Below, in pieces: positions 17,192-27,610 of a stretch of DNA of 64,000 nucleotides. Position 1 is the stretch's first letter, and every line of letters starts with the position of its first letter. Origin of the DNA: a virus; the IMG/VR virus record IMGVR_UViG_3300037234_000438, positions 15,212-79,211 of that record; one strand, 5' to 3'. Under the pieces are notes generated by a model, which had not been told where the DNA came from, did no database searches, and was given only the letters and a program-made list of their open reading frames with translations. The position numbers and the translations under genes were made by a program.

Positions 17192-20100
17192 TTAATATCC
17201 TCTGGCCGTCCAACTAAAATCGCCAGTTATTTTTGTCCCGCTTGTATTAAATAAATATGCCGTAAAATCTGTCGGGTTCGGAATGTCCGTAAAATCATAG
17301 ACAGGTATCATTGCTATTGTCCCGTTTGCAGTGACAGTAATAGAAGTCACGTCAATAAACGGCACATTAAAGGTGACGACTTTACCTGTAGCCGCTACGG
17401 TTATCGTGTCGCTCCCTGCATCGTTTTTTAACTTGCTGTCCAGTGTGACATTTAGCGCATCTATGTAGGTTAAGTCGTCTCCATCTGCGGCAGTAAATGC
17501 CAACATTATCTTTACCCACCTAAAGTTCGTCACATATGCCTGGGTGACGCCGACGTTGTCGTCCCATGGGCCAGTGCTCGAAGTGTTGCTGGTTGATATC
17601 GTCACCACCATCGTCACGCTGCCGGTGATACTATTTTCAGTTACATTGGCAGTAACTAATGTCGCGGCAAGAGTTGTCCCATAATCGAACACCTCTTCGT
17701 ATTCGGCGGTTGCTTCCGACGGCATTATGTATCGAGGGTATCCAGCGTCTATCTGATCTTGAGGGTTGGCCCAACTATTATTGATAAAGTGATCCTGGTA
17801 AGACTCAGCGGTTTCCACAGGAACGAGCAACCTGCCATCTTCAATAAAGGCATTCGTTTTTGTTCCAGAAAAATCACTATTCCAAGAAGTATTCAATACG
17901 TAGTCGGGGGGCTGATTAATGTACACGCTCAGAGAGGCCTCTGTGCCGTAGTTGTCAGCTGTATCTATCCCCACCACCCAATACTTGTAATTCCCTGCTG
18001 CGCTCTCGAAAACGGTAGCGAATGTCCCGCCAAATGTTCCCAATACGTCAGCAGAGGAGAACACATCGCCCTTCCTGACCTCGTAATGCTGAATAGGTAG
18101 AGTCCCTGGCGCAAGTGACCACTTTAGAAGCGCGAAGTTGTCAATCACTTCAGGGGTGATAGTTGGCGCCCCTGGCAAATTAATGGTCACTCCGGTTCCA
18201 CCTTCGGAGCTTTCATTGCCAACGGCATCGTGAGCGCGAACCATGAAACTTCTAAGCCCAGACCAGCCTATTTTTAATTCATAGGTTCTCGCCTGCAGCG
18301 TGTCCACAAAAGTACCGCTAGACCACGTGCTCCCGTAGCGAATCTCGTATCGATCTATAGGGTAATCTCCGGAAGACGCTGTCCAGTTAAGGGTGAGATT
18401 GCCACCGTTAATCGTGTAGTTAGCTACCGGCTGGGATGGCGCCGACACCACCAACCCATTGCTCGCCTCGTTCGTTGAATAATTGCCGGAAGTGTCTATC
18501 GCCTTCACATAATATGTATATGATCCAGCTACGGCCATTTCGTGAAGATACGTTGTTGCTTTTACTTGGTCAACTAATGTGCCGGCAGCCCAACTCGCCC
18601 CGTAGCGAATTTCGTACTCTCCTCGGTCGGCGTCACTGATGGCATTCCAAGATAAGAATATGCCTCGGTCTCTAGTGACGGCAGTGAGGCCTGTGACGTC
18701 TGACGGAACGGCTGTTTTGCCAACTACTGCGTGACTGTCGCTGGCCCAGTCACTCGTAATGTCGTTAATTGCAGTGGCACCCACCCTCACATCATACTCG
18801 ACCCCATCTTCTACGGGAACCACGTATGCGGAAACATCGCCTTCCGGGATAAGAGGTATCCGTATCCACACCGAGTCAGCGGATTTCTTGTATTCAACAA
18901 AATATCCTAAGCGGTAGTAATTATCTGCCGGGGCCGTCCACGACACATAAATCCTTGAAATTATTGAGCCATCCGAGCCCTGTAGCAGATGAGTCGTCCC
19001 AGAGCTTAATGATAATCCTGTCGGCGGATCTTGTTCGCCAAACGGGTTTTGTAGCGTGGTCGCTAGGGATACGGAAGGCAATGATTCGTTGCCCACATAA
19101 AAAGCGTTGTTGTATAGCTTGAGCGTATAATTGATCTCCTCATCTTCGCTTTCGGATGCCGTTATGATCCGAAACTCTTCATCAACCCACCCGGGAAGAT
19201 CATGCGTTACGGCAACTACATCTCCAACGGTCAAGCTGAGAGAATCCACCATTCCCCTGAGAGAAGCATAAAGATTGCCCTCTACAGATTCCCGGCCAAA
19301 CCATTCAGCAATATCGTAGGCCTGTTTGTAAGTTGGTACGGCACTACCATCTATTTTTTTTTCGATAACTCTGACACGTCTATCTTGCTCATCGTAATCA
19401 TCATAGATAGCTGTCATTTCGGGAAAAGTCTGCGTCCCTTGAAACATAGGATAACCCGAAGAATACATTTTGCTTCTGGCGGAGCATCCAGTCAGACTAG
19501 ACCCAGTGTTGCCAGTGTATGTAATGGCCTCATCCGATATATATATAGTGCCAGATGAATCAAAAGAGCCTTGGAGATCGCCATAAGGTATGGTTGTATC
19601 GCCTGTCGGCAAAGCGCCTACAATAAGAGCAATATTTTCTCTTATCTCCTGGTCGATATATTTGACAATGATTCTGTTTGGTGTGTCGTTAACGCTATTC
19701 TGGTAGTAAGAAAAACTGTCTTCAACAATATTGTCATTCGTTTTACTGGATGAGGCGTCGTCGAAATAATGCGCTGGCGTCGAATCGCCAAGCTCAGGGT
19801 GGCTCCAGATAGTATTAATATTCAACTGAGCCTTGCCAGCTGAGTAAGTCATGTATCCCCTGCAAGTAGTGAGCATTAACTCCAGAATGTCTGTGTCCTT
19901 TTTCTGCTCGACCAGGACAAGATTCATTTCGTAGTTATTAGCTGTGCAGACCTGGGCTGCGGCATAAAAAAATGCAAAATCTATCTGACTTGCCTCCATA
20001 GGAGAGGACGCTCTATTTAGAAGAAAATCAAGGATGCACCATGGGGGACTATTATCCCAAACAGGTGAACCGTCTGGCGTACCATCGCCCAAATATTTCT

Positions 20101-20566
20101 GGACGAGAAATCCTTTAACAACAAAAAAGACTTCATCATTAAAGCTGGGCTGGAGAAATGAGCCGCTGGTCATTTTATTTTCCTGTGTCCAGATACCAGG
20201 ATATCCTACTGCCGGCTCTCTCTCAAGAAGCGAACCTCTTATAACGGCTACCGATGTTCTGCGATAATATTTCGTTGTGCTGTCAGAAAAGGCAAAAGAC
20301 TGCGATGTGGTGCCAAGATAAGGAGAAAAGACGGTAGAATTCCCAACATCAACGGTTCTGCCATTAACATGACAAGAGATGAAGGAGGATGTTTCACCGG
20401 AACAGGCAATGTATATTCTGTCTTGTCTACTGACGTTTCCAGGAGACCTATACGAATCGACAAGTTTGCCCTCTATTCTCCCCACACCATAAACCATAGG
20501 GATGATAGATCTATCGCCTTTAACTGTGTGGGTGATTCGTCCAAAATTTGGGGGAGCTACTAACAT
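17192..20566 (-). CDS. central tail tip / host-specificity protein (gpJ-like) with FN3 repeats
   Basis: IPMVYG N-terminus; PPWCILDFL; VGDVV hub motif; several FN3-like W..Y.IRYG repeats. Confidence 0.85.
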   Translation of the reverse strand: MLVAPPNFGRITHTVKGDRSIIPMVYGVGRIEGKLVDSYRSPGNVSRQDRIYIACSGETSSFISCHVNGRTVDVGNSTVFSPYLGTTSQSFAFSDSTTKYYRRTSVAVIRGSLLEREPAVGYPGIWTQENKMTSGSFLQPSFNDEVFFVVKGFLVQKYLGDGTPDGSPVWDNSPPWCILDFLLNRASSPMEASQIDFAFFYAAAQVCTANNYEMNLVLVEQKKDTDILELMLTTCRGYMTYSAGKAQLNINTIWSHPELGDSTPAHYFDDASSSKTNDNIVEDSFSYYQNSVNDTPNRIIVKYIDQEIRENIALIVGALPTGDTTIPYGDLQGSFDSSGTIYISDEAITYTGNTGSSLTGCSARSKMYSSGYPMFQGTQTFPEMTAIYDDYDEQDRRVRVIEKKIDGSAVPTYKQAYDIAEWFGRESVEGNLYASLRGMVDSLSLTVGDVVAVTHDLPGWVDEEFRIITASESEDEEINYTLKLYNNAFYVGNESLPSVSLATTLQNPFGEQDPPTGLSLSSGTTHLLQGSDGSIISRIYVSWTAPADNYYRLGYFVEYKKSADSVWIRIPLIPEGDVSAYVVPVEDGVEYDVRVGATAINDITSDWASDSHAVVGKTAVPSDVTGLTAVTRDRGIFLSWNAISDADRGEYEIRYGASWAAGTLVDQVKATTYLHEMAVAGSYTYYVKAIDTSGNYSTNEASNGLVVSAPSQPVANYTINGGNLTLNWTASSGDYPIDRYEIRYGSTWSSGTFVDTLQARTYELKIGWSGLRSFMVRAHDAVGNESSEGGTGVTINLPGAPTITPEVIDNFALLKWSLAPGTLPIQHYEVRKGDVFSSADVLGTFGGTFATVFESAAGNYKYWVVGIDTADNYGTEASLSVYINQPPDYVLNTSWNSDFSGTKTNAFIEDGRLLVPVETAESYQDHFINNSWANPQDQIDAGYPRYIMPSEATAEYEEVFDYGTTLAATLVTANVTENSITGSVTMVVTISTSNTSSTGPWDDNVGVTQAYVTNFRWVKIMLAFTAADGDDLTYIDALNVTLDSKLKNDAGSDTITVAATGKVVTFNVPFIDVTSITVTANGTIAMIPVYDFTDIPNPTDFTAYLFNTSGTKITGDFSWTARGY

Positions 20567-20576
20567 TGCTTCTTTC

Positions 20577-21620
20577 CTATTTCATTATCACAACCCAACT
20601 TGTAGAATGATAAGTTTCCTCAAATCCACCAAAGTTAGGCTCATTACTAAATGATTCGCACGTACTCTTTGATTTATCACATTCAACTATGTATGTATCC
20701 CCGGCGCTAATAGAGTTTGAGAAATCAGAATCAAAGGTGATGTGCCCGGTTGTCGTATTGTGGGTAGCTATTTTCCTGCTCGCGTTTTTATTGGCGCCGG
20801 ACAATATCTTACACGTCCCACCTATCATTGACGATGTGCCGACAAGCTCCGTGTCAGTCAGCGACCCTCCGGCAGAGCCAGTATCTACGACCCCTCTTGG
20901 CTCTCCGGCCGCCGAATTATAACCGCATTCTGTTTGGCAAAAGCGCCAATTACATTTGGCCGTAAATCGTTGCCACGGAGCAAATGATTGAGACCGGTCA
21001 AAAGCACTTACAATGTGAGGATTAACCTGTCTTTCGGTGATTTTTGGCCTGTCCATGAAACCAGTGAACTGAATGATTCTGTCATCATTAGTGCCGGTAC
21101 ATTCCCATGTAACGCCGCCATCCACAACAGTTCCGCCGATTGTTGTGGGCCATGTCGGTTCCGATCCGCTCGTTGTGCCTGCTGCTGTACATGTATAGCT
21201 GAGCCCGTTGGGTGTTGTCGGCTCAACAATATCATCGATAGACTTAACCGCTGACGCAGCCCATGCAGTATATCCATCGATAATGGTGCCGGTAGAATCA
21301 AGGAATACTTTATAGACTTCCGCCTTCTGGCCGGCAAATTCATTGTAAGCAAAATTTGCCGACATTACCTTGTCTACGTTGTCAATAGTGATGGAGCAAT
21401 TGTCAACTTGGTTCTTTAGATATGTCTTGATGCTGCCATGGTTGCTGTCATAGGCGGTATATGTATCGCCCTGAAAGGTAATATCTGAGTGGTGGTTCGT
21501 ATGCCGGATGACACTTGTGGCTCCGGTGGCTTTATCTAATATCTCCAGGTAATACAGGGATCGCGGAATAACGCCAAGCTTCACGGTCTCTAATTTTATA
21601 TTAGTCGATAAAAGTCTCAT
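20577..21620 (-). CDS. tail tip hub protein (gpL/DUF2163-like) with CBM-like insert
   Basis: C.W....C and CDK...C...NFGGF Cys cluster; position after Dit. Confidence 0.75.
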   Translation of the reverse strand: MRLLSTNIKLETVKLGVIPRSLYYLEILDKATGATSVIRHTNHHSDITFQGDTYTAYDSNHGSIKTYLKNQVDNCSITIDNVDKVMSANFAYNEFAGQKAEVYKVFLDSTGTIIDGYTAWAASAVKSIDDIVEPTTPNGLSYTCTAAGTTSGSEPTWPTTIGGTVVDGGVTWECTGTNDDRIIQFTGFMDRPKITERQVNPHIVSAFDRSQSFAPWQRFTAKCNWRFCQTECGYNSAAGEPRGVVDTGSAGGSLTDTELVGTSSMIGGTCKILSGANKNASRKIATHNTTTGHITFDSDFSNSISAGDTYIVECDKSKSTCESFSNEPNFGGFEETYHSTSWVVIMK

Positions 21621-21973
21621 ATGATTTCTTCAAACTCAAAGGAGAGCCTATAAAAGTTATATTGGAAATAGTCCCTAGAGAGAGTGTCAGATTTAAACCT
21701 GACAGTATGGGCAACACTATCTACCGGATTAATCCAGGCAAAGGTGTCATACGCACCATTGCAGTCCTGATAAAATTGCCATATAAGGTCTGCGTCTGAA
21801 GCGACCAACACGCCAAACTTCAAACTCCAAGTCTGAGGCCCTGATGCCTTAGAACGTCGCCGCTGTTTGCCTGACTCACCTCTCGAAACAAGTGTTTTGA
21901 ACTTTATTTCCGTGGTGAAAACGTGTTCTGGCGTAAGGCCAACATCGCTATCCCAATCATTCGTAAATGCCAT
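21617..21973 (-). CDS. distal tail protein (gpM/DUF2460-like)
   Basis: SG.QRR, F....G....F.W..P, VRF motifs; follows TMP. Confidence 0.75.
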   Translation of the reverse strand: MAFTNDWDSDVGLTPEHVFTTEIKFKTLVSRGESGKQRRRSKASGPQTWSLKFGVLVASDADLIWQFYQDCNGAYDTFAWINPVDSVAHTVRFKSDTLSRDYFQYNFYRLSFEFEEII

Positions 21974-21984
21974 ACCTGCCTATA

Positions 21985-24900
21985 TTATGCATATTCGTTA
22001 ATTGCGTCCTTGGTCTCGCCACCATCCTTAATATCGCGAGTTACTACTCCTGTAATAGCCTCTGGGTTTTCATCAACCAAAGCCTTAAAGCTCTTTGCAT
22101 CCACAGCGTTGATAATAATATTGTAATTGGAGGGACCTTGTCCCTCTCCAGCTCTCCAGCCTGTCCCATACTTGCTGGACTCGTACTCAAAATACTTGTA
22201 GCCGCTCGACCCACCACCGCCTCCTCCCCCTCCACCACCCCCTGCCGCCCCCATTCCTGGTTGCATTGCTTGGATGGCAGCTACTCTCGCCATGCCTGTC
22301 ACTATTGCTGCCGCAGCCCATACCTTGCCGAGGATAGGTGAGCCTGTCCTTGTCCCCCACTCATCGGCATACTGGGCAGTTTTGAATGTTGATATGGTAG
22401 CCTCCGCTATAGAGGCTAGTTTATATAACTTGAAGAAAGACTTACTTTTGCCTTCACTTAGAGCATAAAAGGCTTGGGCCGCCCCGGCAAGGGCAGAGAA
22501 GGTGGCTTTCGCACCAGCCACCTTCATATAATTCGTCGCCTTCTCGTTGGCAAGATTCATTTCCAGCATAGCCCGTTCTTGGTCTGCGGCTTCCTGCATG
22601 CTTGTTATTTGCAAGTTTTGCATGGCCTCGTAATGCGCCTTCTTGGCATCATATTCAGCCTGATATGGATTCTGCTCCGCCTCTTGTGCGTATTGCTCGA
22701 ACGCACTCATGCTAACGCCGAGACCGCGCTGAACGTCTTGATATTTCTGGATCTTCCTGGCTACTGCATTTTGATGCTCGGCCTGTTCCAGTGAATACTT
22801 GGCGGCCTCCATTTGTAGTCTTGCTCCTTCACGTTGATCCCACGATGCTGTTCGGTACTCTTCTACGGCATTGCGATAATTAACGGCAGCACTTGCTAGT
22901 GACGTCTCGTAAGTTTCTCGCTGGGCATTAATGCTCATAATGCTGGTATCTGCGGCCTGAGCTAGGGCGTTGGCCTGACTAATTAACAACCCAAGCTTTG
23001 CCTTTTCTATGCCAGTAAGCTCTCTGCTCTTTGTAACTATCCTATCCAGCGCGGACAGTTGTTGATTGAGGGCATCTATTTCGTCTTGCTTCTGTTCTCT
23101 TTGCAGGTCACCTATGTACTTGCTTTCTTTTTCTGCTGTAAGTATTTTTAGCTTCTCTTTCAGTTTTAGCTTTTCAAGCTCAAGGGATTGTCTCTCGAAT
23201 GCAGAGGCGCTCATCATTCCAGCATTTCTTTTGGTGGAGAGCGCTATTTCCTGCAACCCGATGAGACGGAGAGCTTTACCTGCCTTAAGTTTGTCTCGTG
23301 CTAGAGCCTGGGTCTCCCTAAGTTGTTCCTCTCTTTCCTCGCCAATCTTGGCTTGGAGCCCAAGGATTTCCCTTAAGGCTTCACCTTTATCCTTTAGGGC
23401 CTTAATCGATCTCCGGGTTGCCTCTGAGAGCCTGTCAAATAGTTCCTTCTGACCTTTAGTTAGGGGGTTCGAGACGGCAAACGCTTTTGCGTATTCTTCT
23501 TGCAGCTTCTCGAGTTCCTTGGTAGTGGCGGCTATGCTTTCTCTGGTTTTATCGGTATTGCTTCTAGTGCTAATAGCGACATCTCTAAGAGGGTCGATCT
23601 CTCTTAATTTCTCAAGCTCAGCCCTTATGCTTATTAGCCTTTTCTCCGTCGATACGAGTCCTTTCTCGTGACTCTTCGTCTTATTGATAAGTTTATCCCA
23701 GTTGAGATCGAACTCATTCGTGACTCGTCTAAGATTTGTCCCAAGAATATCGTATTCTGCGGTAAGTTTTGCCAACGCTTGATGCGCTTCGGCGGCCTCT
23801 TTCCTACCAAGGCCCTTCTTGATTTGCGCTTCTGTGACCTCCATCTGCCGACGAAGCGCTCCTTGTGCTGTTGTGATTTTCGAAATCACTTCGTCATGAA
23901 ACATCCTAAGGCGTTCAAGTGGATTTCTTTGTTTTTCCTCTACCCATTTTTCGAGGAATTGGAAGCCTATCTCATCTGGAGATATCACGAGTAGCTTCCT
24001 TACGCGCTCCATGGTTTTCTTGAGACCTTCAGAAACGTTACGCTCCAATTGCTCATTTAAGTTTGCGAGTGTTTTGCGTGTATTTTCGGCTGATTTCGCT
24101 AAGGCTTCATTGGCTTCCGTGATCCCGGTAAAACCTTTTATCCATTGAGTGACAGATGATTCATTGAAGTCGTCGGTTAAGAACTTGCCGATCTTACTGA
24201 GAATGCCTCCGGTCTCGGTAACCGCTTTCCCCGCTTTCTCGGCTGAGCCAACCCAGTAGTCAAGAATTCCACTAATGCCGGTGAAGGTTGGGATCGATAC
24301 TTGAGAGGCTATCTTCAGTTCATTTATTGACTCTGTGAGTTGATCTGTTTTCCTTGCTGCTGAACTTATTTCCATTGACGTGGCAGCTATTGCGCTTGCG
24401 AATGGGAGAGAACCGCTTATTTTTGCCAGGCCTTCCCATGACTCCTTGAGACTTACAAAGCCCCTTTCGAGAAGCATCTCTTCTTGCCTAAATCTCTCAG
24501 CTTCCCTCCTTGCCCTTTCCTTGGAGACACTAAGCTCATCGTGAGCAAGTGCGAGCTCGTCGGCTTTCTCTTTTGATCTGGTAAATGCAGCGCCAAGAAG
24601 AGAGAGCCCCGCGACAAGAGCCCCGGTTACCAAAATCAAAGGATGCTTGCTAAGAACACTAATGGCTCCATTAAGCAGGACTGTAGCGCTGGTCACGCTC
24701 TTTATGGCGGTCCCAGTCTTAACGAGATGCGACGCTACGAGGGCTAATGTGGTAGTTGCGAATGCGGTCAGGCCAACCGCGAGGCCACCAAAGGCTTCGG
24801 AAGCCATACTCACAAGAGCCGTGATATCTCTAAATCGCCCCATGGCCCACCCGAGAGCATCGGCAAGCAACTTCAAGACGGGCACTGCCGCATCTCCTAT

Positions 24901-26706
24901 TTGAATAATGCCTATTTCGAGTTGATTCTTCATGCGCTTCATGGCATTAATAGGCCCTTCCATTGCAACACCGAGAGCCTTTTGCAACATTCCTTGCTTG
25001 CTGATACGTCTCTCCATTTTCTCAAACTCTGCCGACGTTGCGACAATTGAGGCTGCAAGGATTCGCCCGGCCCTGACTCCAAGAATATCCATCGACTTGG
25101 CCGCGCTAAAGCCTGCCTCCCTGAGCTTATCTATGATTTCTGACATCTTGTTCATTGTGGGATTGACTTCGTTGGCGCTCAAATTGACGCGCCTTAGCTC
25201 TGTCTTAAACTTTTCCGTTGGGGCAACGAGCTGTGTCATTAGTTGGGATAAGCCAGTACCGATTGTGCTGGCCCTGATGCCCATATTTGAGAGGACGGCG
25301 AGTGAGGCGGCAGTCTCCTTAAGGGATCTGCCCATGATTGAACTCGTAGATGCGAGGTAGTTGAATGCCGTACCGAGATCTTCTACCGTGAGTCTGGAGA
25401 AGTTGAGGGCGCCTGCGAGGATATTCCCTATTTCAGGAACCCTGCTTGCCTCGAGATTCCAAGCGAACATGGCTGTGGTGACCGACTTAGCAACAGTCTC
25501 CATGTTTTCCCCGGAAACTGTCGTTACGGCACCTACTGTTTTCATAGCTTCGGCTGCTGCCCTGGCACTCAATCCAGCCTGCACCAGCTTCAGCCCCATC
25601 TTTGCGGCTTGTGCGGCAGCAAGAGGAGTAGTAGTGGCTACCACTTTGGCGGCGTCACCTATCAGCCTGATCTCCTGCTCGGTCTTATCGGTGATGGCTT
25701 GTATGTCTTTGAGGGCCTGGTAGAACTGAAGGGTATTCCGTGTGGCGGCAGCTATGGCACCAGAAACAGCAAAGATGGTTGAGGCCGAAGCGAACCATCT
25801 CAGTTGAAAGCCAGCATATTTCTTAAAGTCCGCCATGAATCGCCGGGCAGTATTCATCGCCTTGCTATGTTCGGGGTGTATAAATGCCTGCATTCCGGCT
25901 GGTAGCTGCTGTTCAGCCGTAGGTTTAGCAAATTTTGCCTCTGCGGTTAATGGCGATAACGCAGATGTCGGAGACTCCCTTCTGTGAGCCCTAGCCAACC
26001 TCGTGGTCTTCTCTCTGGCCTCAGAAAGGCTCTTGACCATCTTTTTAAGCTCTGTGTTCGTGAGACCTAAAGTCTCAAGGTGCTTCAGCGCTTCATGCCG
26101 CAACGCTATTTGCGACTTCTTCGCGCCCTTGGTGTGTATTAGCCTTACCCGCTGTATTTTTGATATGATGTTGGCGGACTGTTCGAGAAGTTTATTTCTG
26201 TCCACCTCTATCTTGTTGCCCTTCTTCCTTGCCTTGTTGAGCTCCTCAGCCTTGGCACGCATAAGGCTGTCTTTTCTTTCAAGCTCACTCGTCATTTTAA
26301 GCTTCTTTTCGAGGGCTTCTAATTCAGACGCGCTAACATCCTTCTTCTTTGCCTCAACAGATACCTGCTTTTTCAGCATGGAGTTCATGTCGGCGATGAT
26401 TTTCGTGCCCACGCGAGATTCTTTTCCAGACGCAGCCTTAAGCGAAGCGTTTAGTTTATCCCACTCCACTCTCCAGTCTTTAGCTGCCTTCTCGCCTTTT
26501 TTGCCAGTCTTAGTTGTCTCGTTGCCAAGCTTTTTCTGGGCGGCAATAATCTTATTGACCAAACTGTCAACATCTACAGAAGGACCAGCGCCTACCGCGC
26601 CAACCTTCCCAAATTCACGCTTCATGCCCTTCACTAAACCCTGAATTCGCTTCATGGCATGTCGGGTATCAGCTAAGATTTTTATTTCAAGTCTGGTGGT
26701 GGCCAC
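21985..26706 (-). CDS. tape measure protein
   Basis: 1573 aa; TP901-type core (LAVLSNMGIRASTIGTGL); coiled coil; position. Confidence 0.92.
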   Translation of the reverse strand: MATTRLEIKILADTRHAMKRIQGLVKGMKREFGKVGAVGAGPSVDVDSLVNKIIAAQKKLGNETTKTGKKGEKAAKDWRVEWDKLNASLKAASGKESRVGTKIIADMNSMLKKQVSVEAKKKDVSASELEALEKKLKMTSELERKDSLMRAKAEELNKARKKGNKIEVDRNKLLEQSANIISKIQRVRLIHTKGAKKSQIALRHEALKHLETLGLTNTELKKMVKSLSEAREKTTRLARAHRRESPTSALSPLTAEAKFAKPTAEQQLPAGMQAFIHPEHSKAMNTARRFMADFKKYAGFQLRWFASASTIFAVSGAIAAATRNTLQFYQALKDIQAITDKTEQEIRLIGDAAKVVATTTPLAAAQAAKMGLKLVQAGLSARAAAEAMKTVGAVTTVSGENMETVAKSVTTAMFAWNLEASRVPEIGNILAGALNFSRLTVEDLGTAFNYLASTSSIMGRSLKETAASLAVLSNMGIRASTIGTGLSQLMTQLVAPTEKFKTELRRVNLSANEVNPTMNKMSEIIDKLREAGFSAAKSMDILGVRAGRILAASIVATSAEFEKMERRISKQGMLQKALGVAMEGPINAMKRMKNQLEIGIIQIGDAAVPVLKLLADALGWAMGRFRDITALVSMASEAFGGLAVGLTAFATTTLALVASHLVKTGTAIKSVTSATVLLNGAISVLSKHPLILVTGALVAGLSLLGAAFTRSKEKADELALAHDELSVSKERARREAERFRQEEMLLERGFVSLKESWEGLAKISGSLPFASAIAATSMEISSAARKTDQLTESINELKIASQVSIPTFTGISGILDYWVGSAEKAGKAVTETGGILSKIGKFLTDDFNESSVTQWIKGFTGITEANEALAKSAENTRKTLANLNEQLERNVSEGLKKTMERVRKLLVISPDEIGFQFLEKWVEEKQRNPLERLRMFHDEVISKITTAQGALRRQMEVTEAQIKKGLGRKEAAEAHQALAKLTAEYDILGTNLRRVTNEFDLNWDKLINKTKSHEKGLVSTEKRLISIRAELEKLREIDPLRDVAISTRSNTDKTRESIAATTKELEKLQEEYAKAFAVSNPLTKGQKELFDRLSEATRRSIKALKDKGEALREILGLQAKIGEEREEQLRETQALARDKLKAGKALRLIGLQEIALSTKRNAGMMSASAFERQSLELEKLKLKEKLKILTAEKESKYIGDLQREQKQDEIDALNQQLSALDRIVTKSRELTGIEKAKLGLLISQANALAQAADTSIMSINAQRETYETSLASAAVNYRNAVEEYRTASWDQREGARLQMEAAKYSLEQAEHQNAVARKIQKYQDVQRGLGVSMSAFEQYAQEAEQNPYQAEYDAKKAHYEAMQNLQITSMQEAADQERAMLEMNLANEKATNYMKVAGAKATFSALAGAAQAFYALSEGKSKSFFKLYKLASIAEATISTFKTAQYADEWGTRTGSPILGKVWAAAAIVTGMARVAAIQAMQPGMGAAGGGGGGGGGGGSSGYKYFEYESSKYGTGWRAGEGQGPSNYNIIINAVDAKSFKALVDENPEAITGVVTRDIKDGGETKDAINEYA

Positions 26707-26709
26707 TGG

Positions 26710-27075
26710 CTATTCCTTCTCCTCTTTTAAGCCTTGCAATCTGCTCTTCTCTTCCATCACTACTTGTCTTACTGTGAAATAATAATTCGCCTCACCTAAA
26801 AGCTGCGACGGAAGCCTGCTGGAGCTATCGCCGCTCCCTTCGGCCAGCTCTATAAAATTTATGACAGCGAGTGCGTCTCTATCTAGTGTCGATATTGGGC
26901 ATTCCAGGAAGAGCTCATTGAATACCTTGATTGGCCGTGCTGGCGCCTTGTATTTCCCTTCGCAATTACGAAGTTCTACTAACTTTTTTTCTCGGCAGGT
27001 TCTACAGTTCCACCCTGCTTTGGTTTCTTTTTCTCGGAGCCACTCGATGACGGTGACTCCTTCTCGGAGTTTTTT
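26710..27075 (-). CDS. -1 frameshift extension of tail assembly chaperone (gpT-equivalent)
   Basis: Start-less open frame of about 120 codons entered at A-AAA-AAC (27075-27069), ending 3 nt before the TMP start. Confidence 0.8.
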   Translation of the reverse strand, partial: KKLREGVTVIEWLREKETKAGWNCRTCREKKLVELRNCEGKYKAPARPIKVFNELFLECPISTLDRDALAVINFIELAEGSGDSSSRLPSQLLGEANYYFTVRQVVMEEKSRLQGLKEEKE

Positions 27076-27503
27076 TCCGATTCTCCCGTGAGATGGCCAG
27101 ACACCTCGCTCGCAAGTTCTTCTATGTATTCCTCTGGCAGGAATACAATGTTTTCTTTGCTGAATTTGAATTCCCCATCATCATCTTCGACATCCTCCCA
27201 CCCAAGGACACCTTTCTGGCACATCTTGATGGACACCACGAGATTGCCATGGTTCATCTTCATGATCTCTTCGGTGCTCCTGGAGAGCAGAGCTTCTCTT
27301 ACTGCGTCTTCTGCTGCCTTACCCTCCTTGCCTGCCGCCTTCTCCAGTACATCCACTGGAAGACCGGATTCGCCTTCGGCCATGATGCCAAGCCATTCTT
27401 CTTTTGTTAGGGATTGGACTGTGAATACCGGAGCGCCTTTTTTGCCTCTTAGGTTCTTGGGCGTGAATGGGCGTGGCTTTGTAGAACATTTGATGATCTT
27501 CAT
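26979..27503 (-). CDS. tail assembly chaperone (gpG-equivalent)
   Basis: AACCAGGAG + ATG 27503; V.GWEDV motif; between tube and TMP. Confidence 0.8.
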   Translation of the reverse strand: MKIIKCSTKPRPFTPKNLRGKKGAPVFTVQSLTKEEWLGIMAEGESGLPVDVLEKAAGKEGKAAEDAVREALLSRSTEEIMKMNHGNLVVSIKMCQKGVLGWEDVEDDDGEFKFSKENIVFLPEEYIEELASEVSGHLTGESEKNSEKESPSSSGSEKKKPKQGGTVEPAEKKS

Positions 27504-27610
27504 TTTGATCTCCTGGTTGAATTGCTCGGGCCTTCCAATTAAGGCTGGAGGACCAGGAAGCCCCCGCCCGAGCATGATTTGCCTGGTTTACGCATGCTGA
27601 AATGATTCTC

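Noticed and set aside
22211-22250. C-rich tract (G-rich on minus)
   Set aside because: It encodes a poly-Gly linker near the TMP C-terminus.
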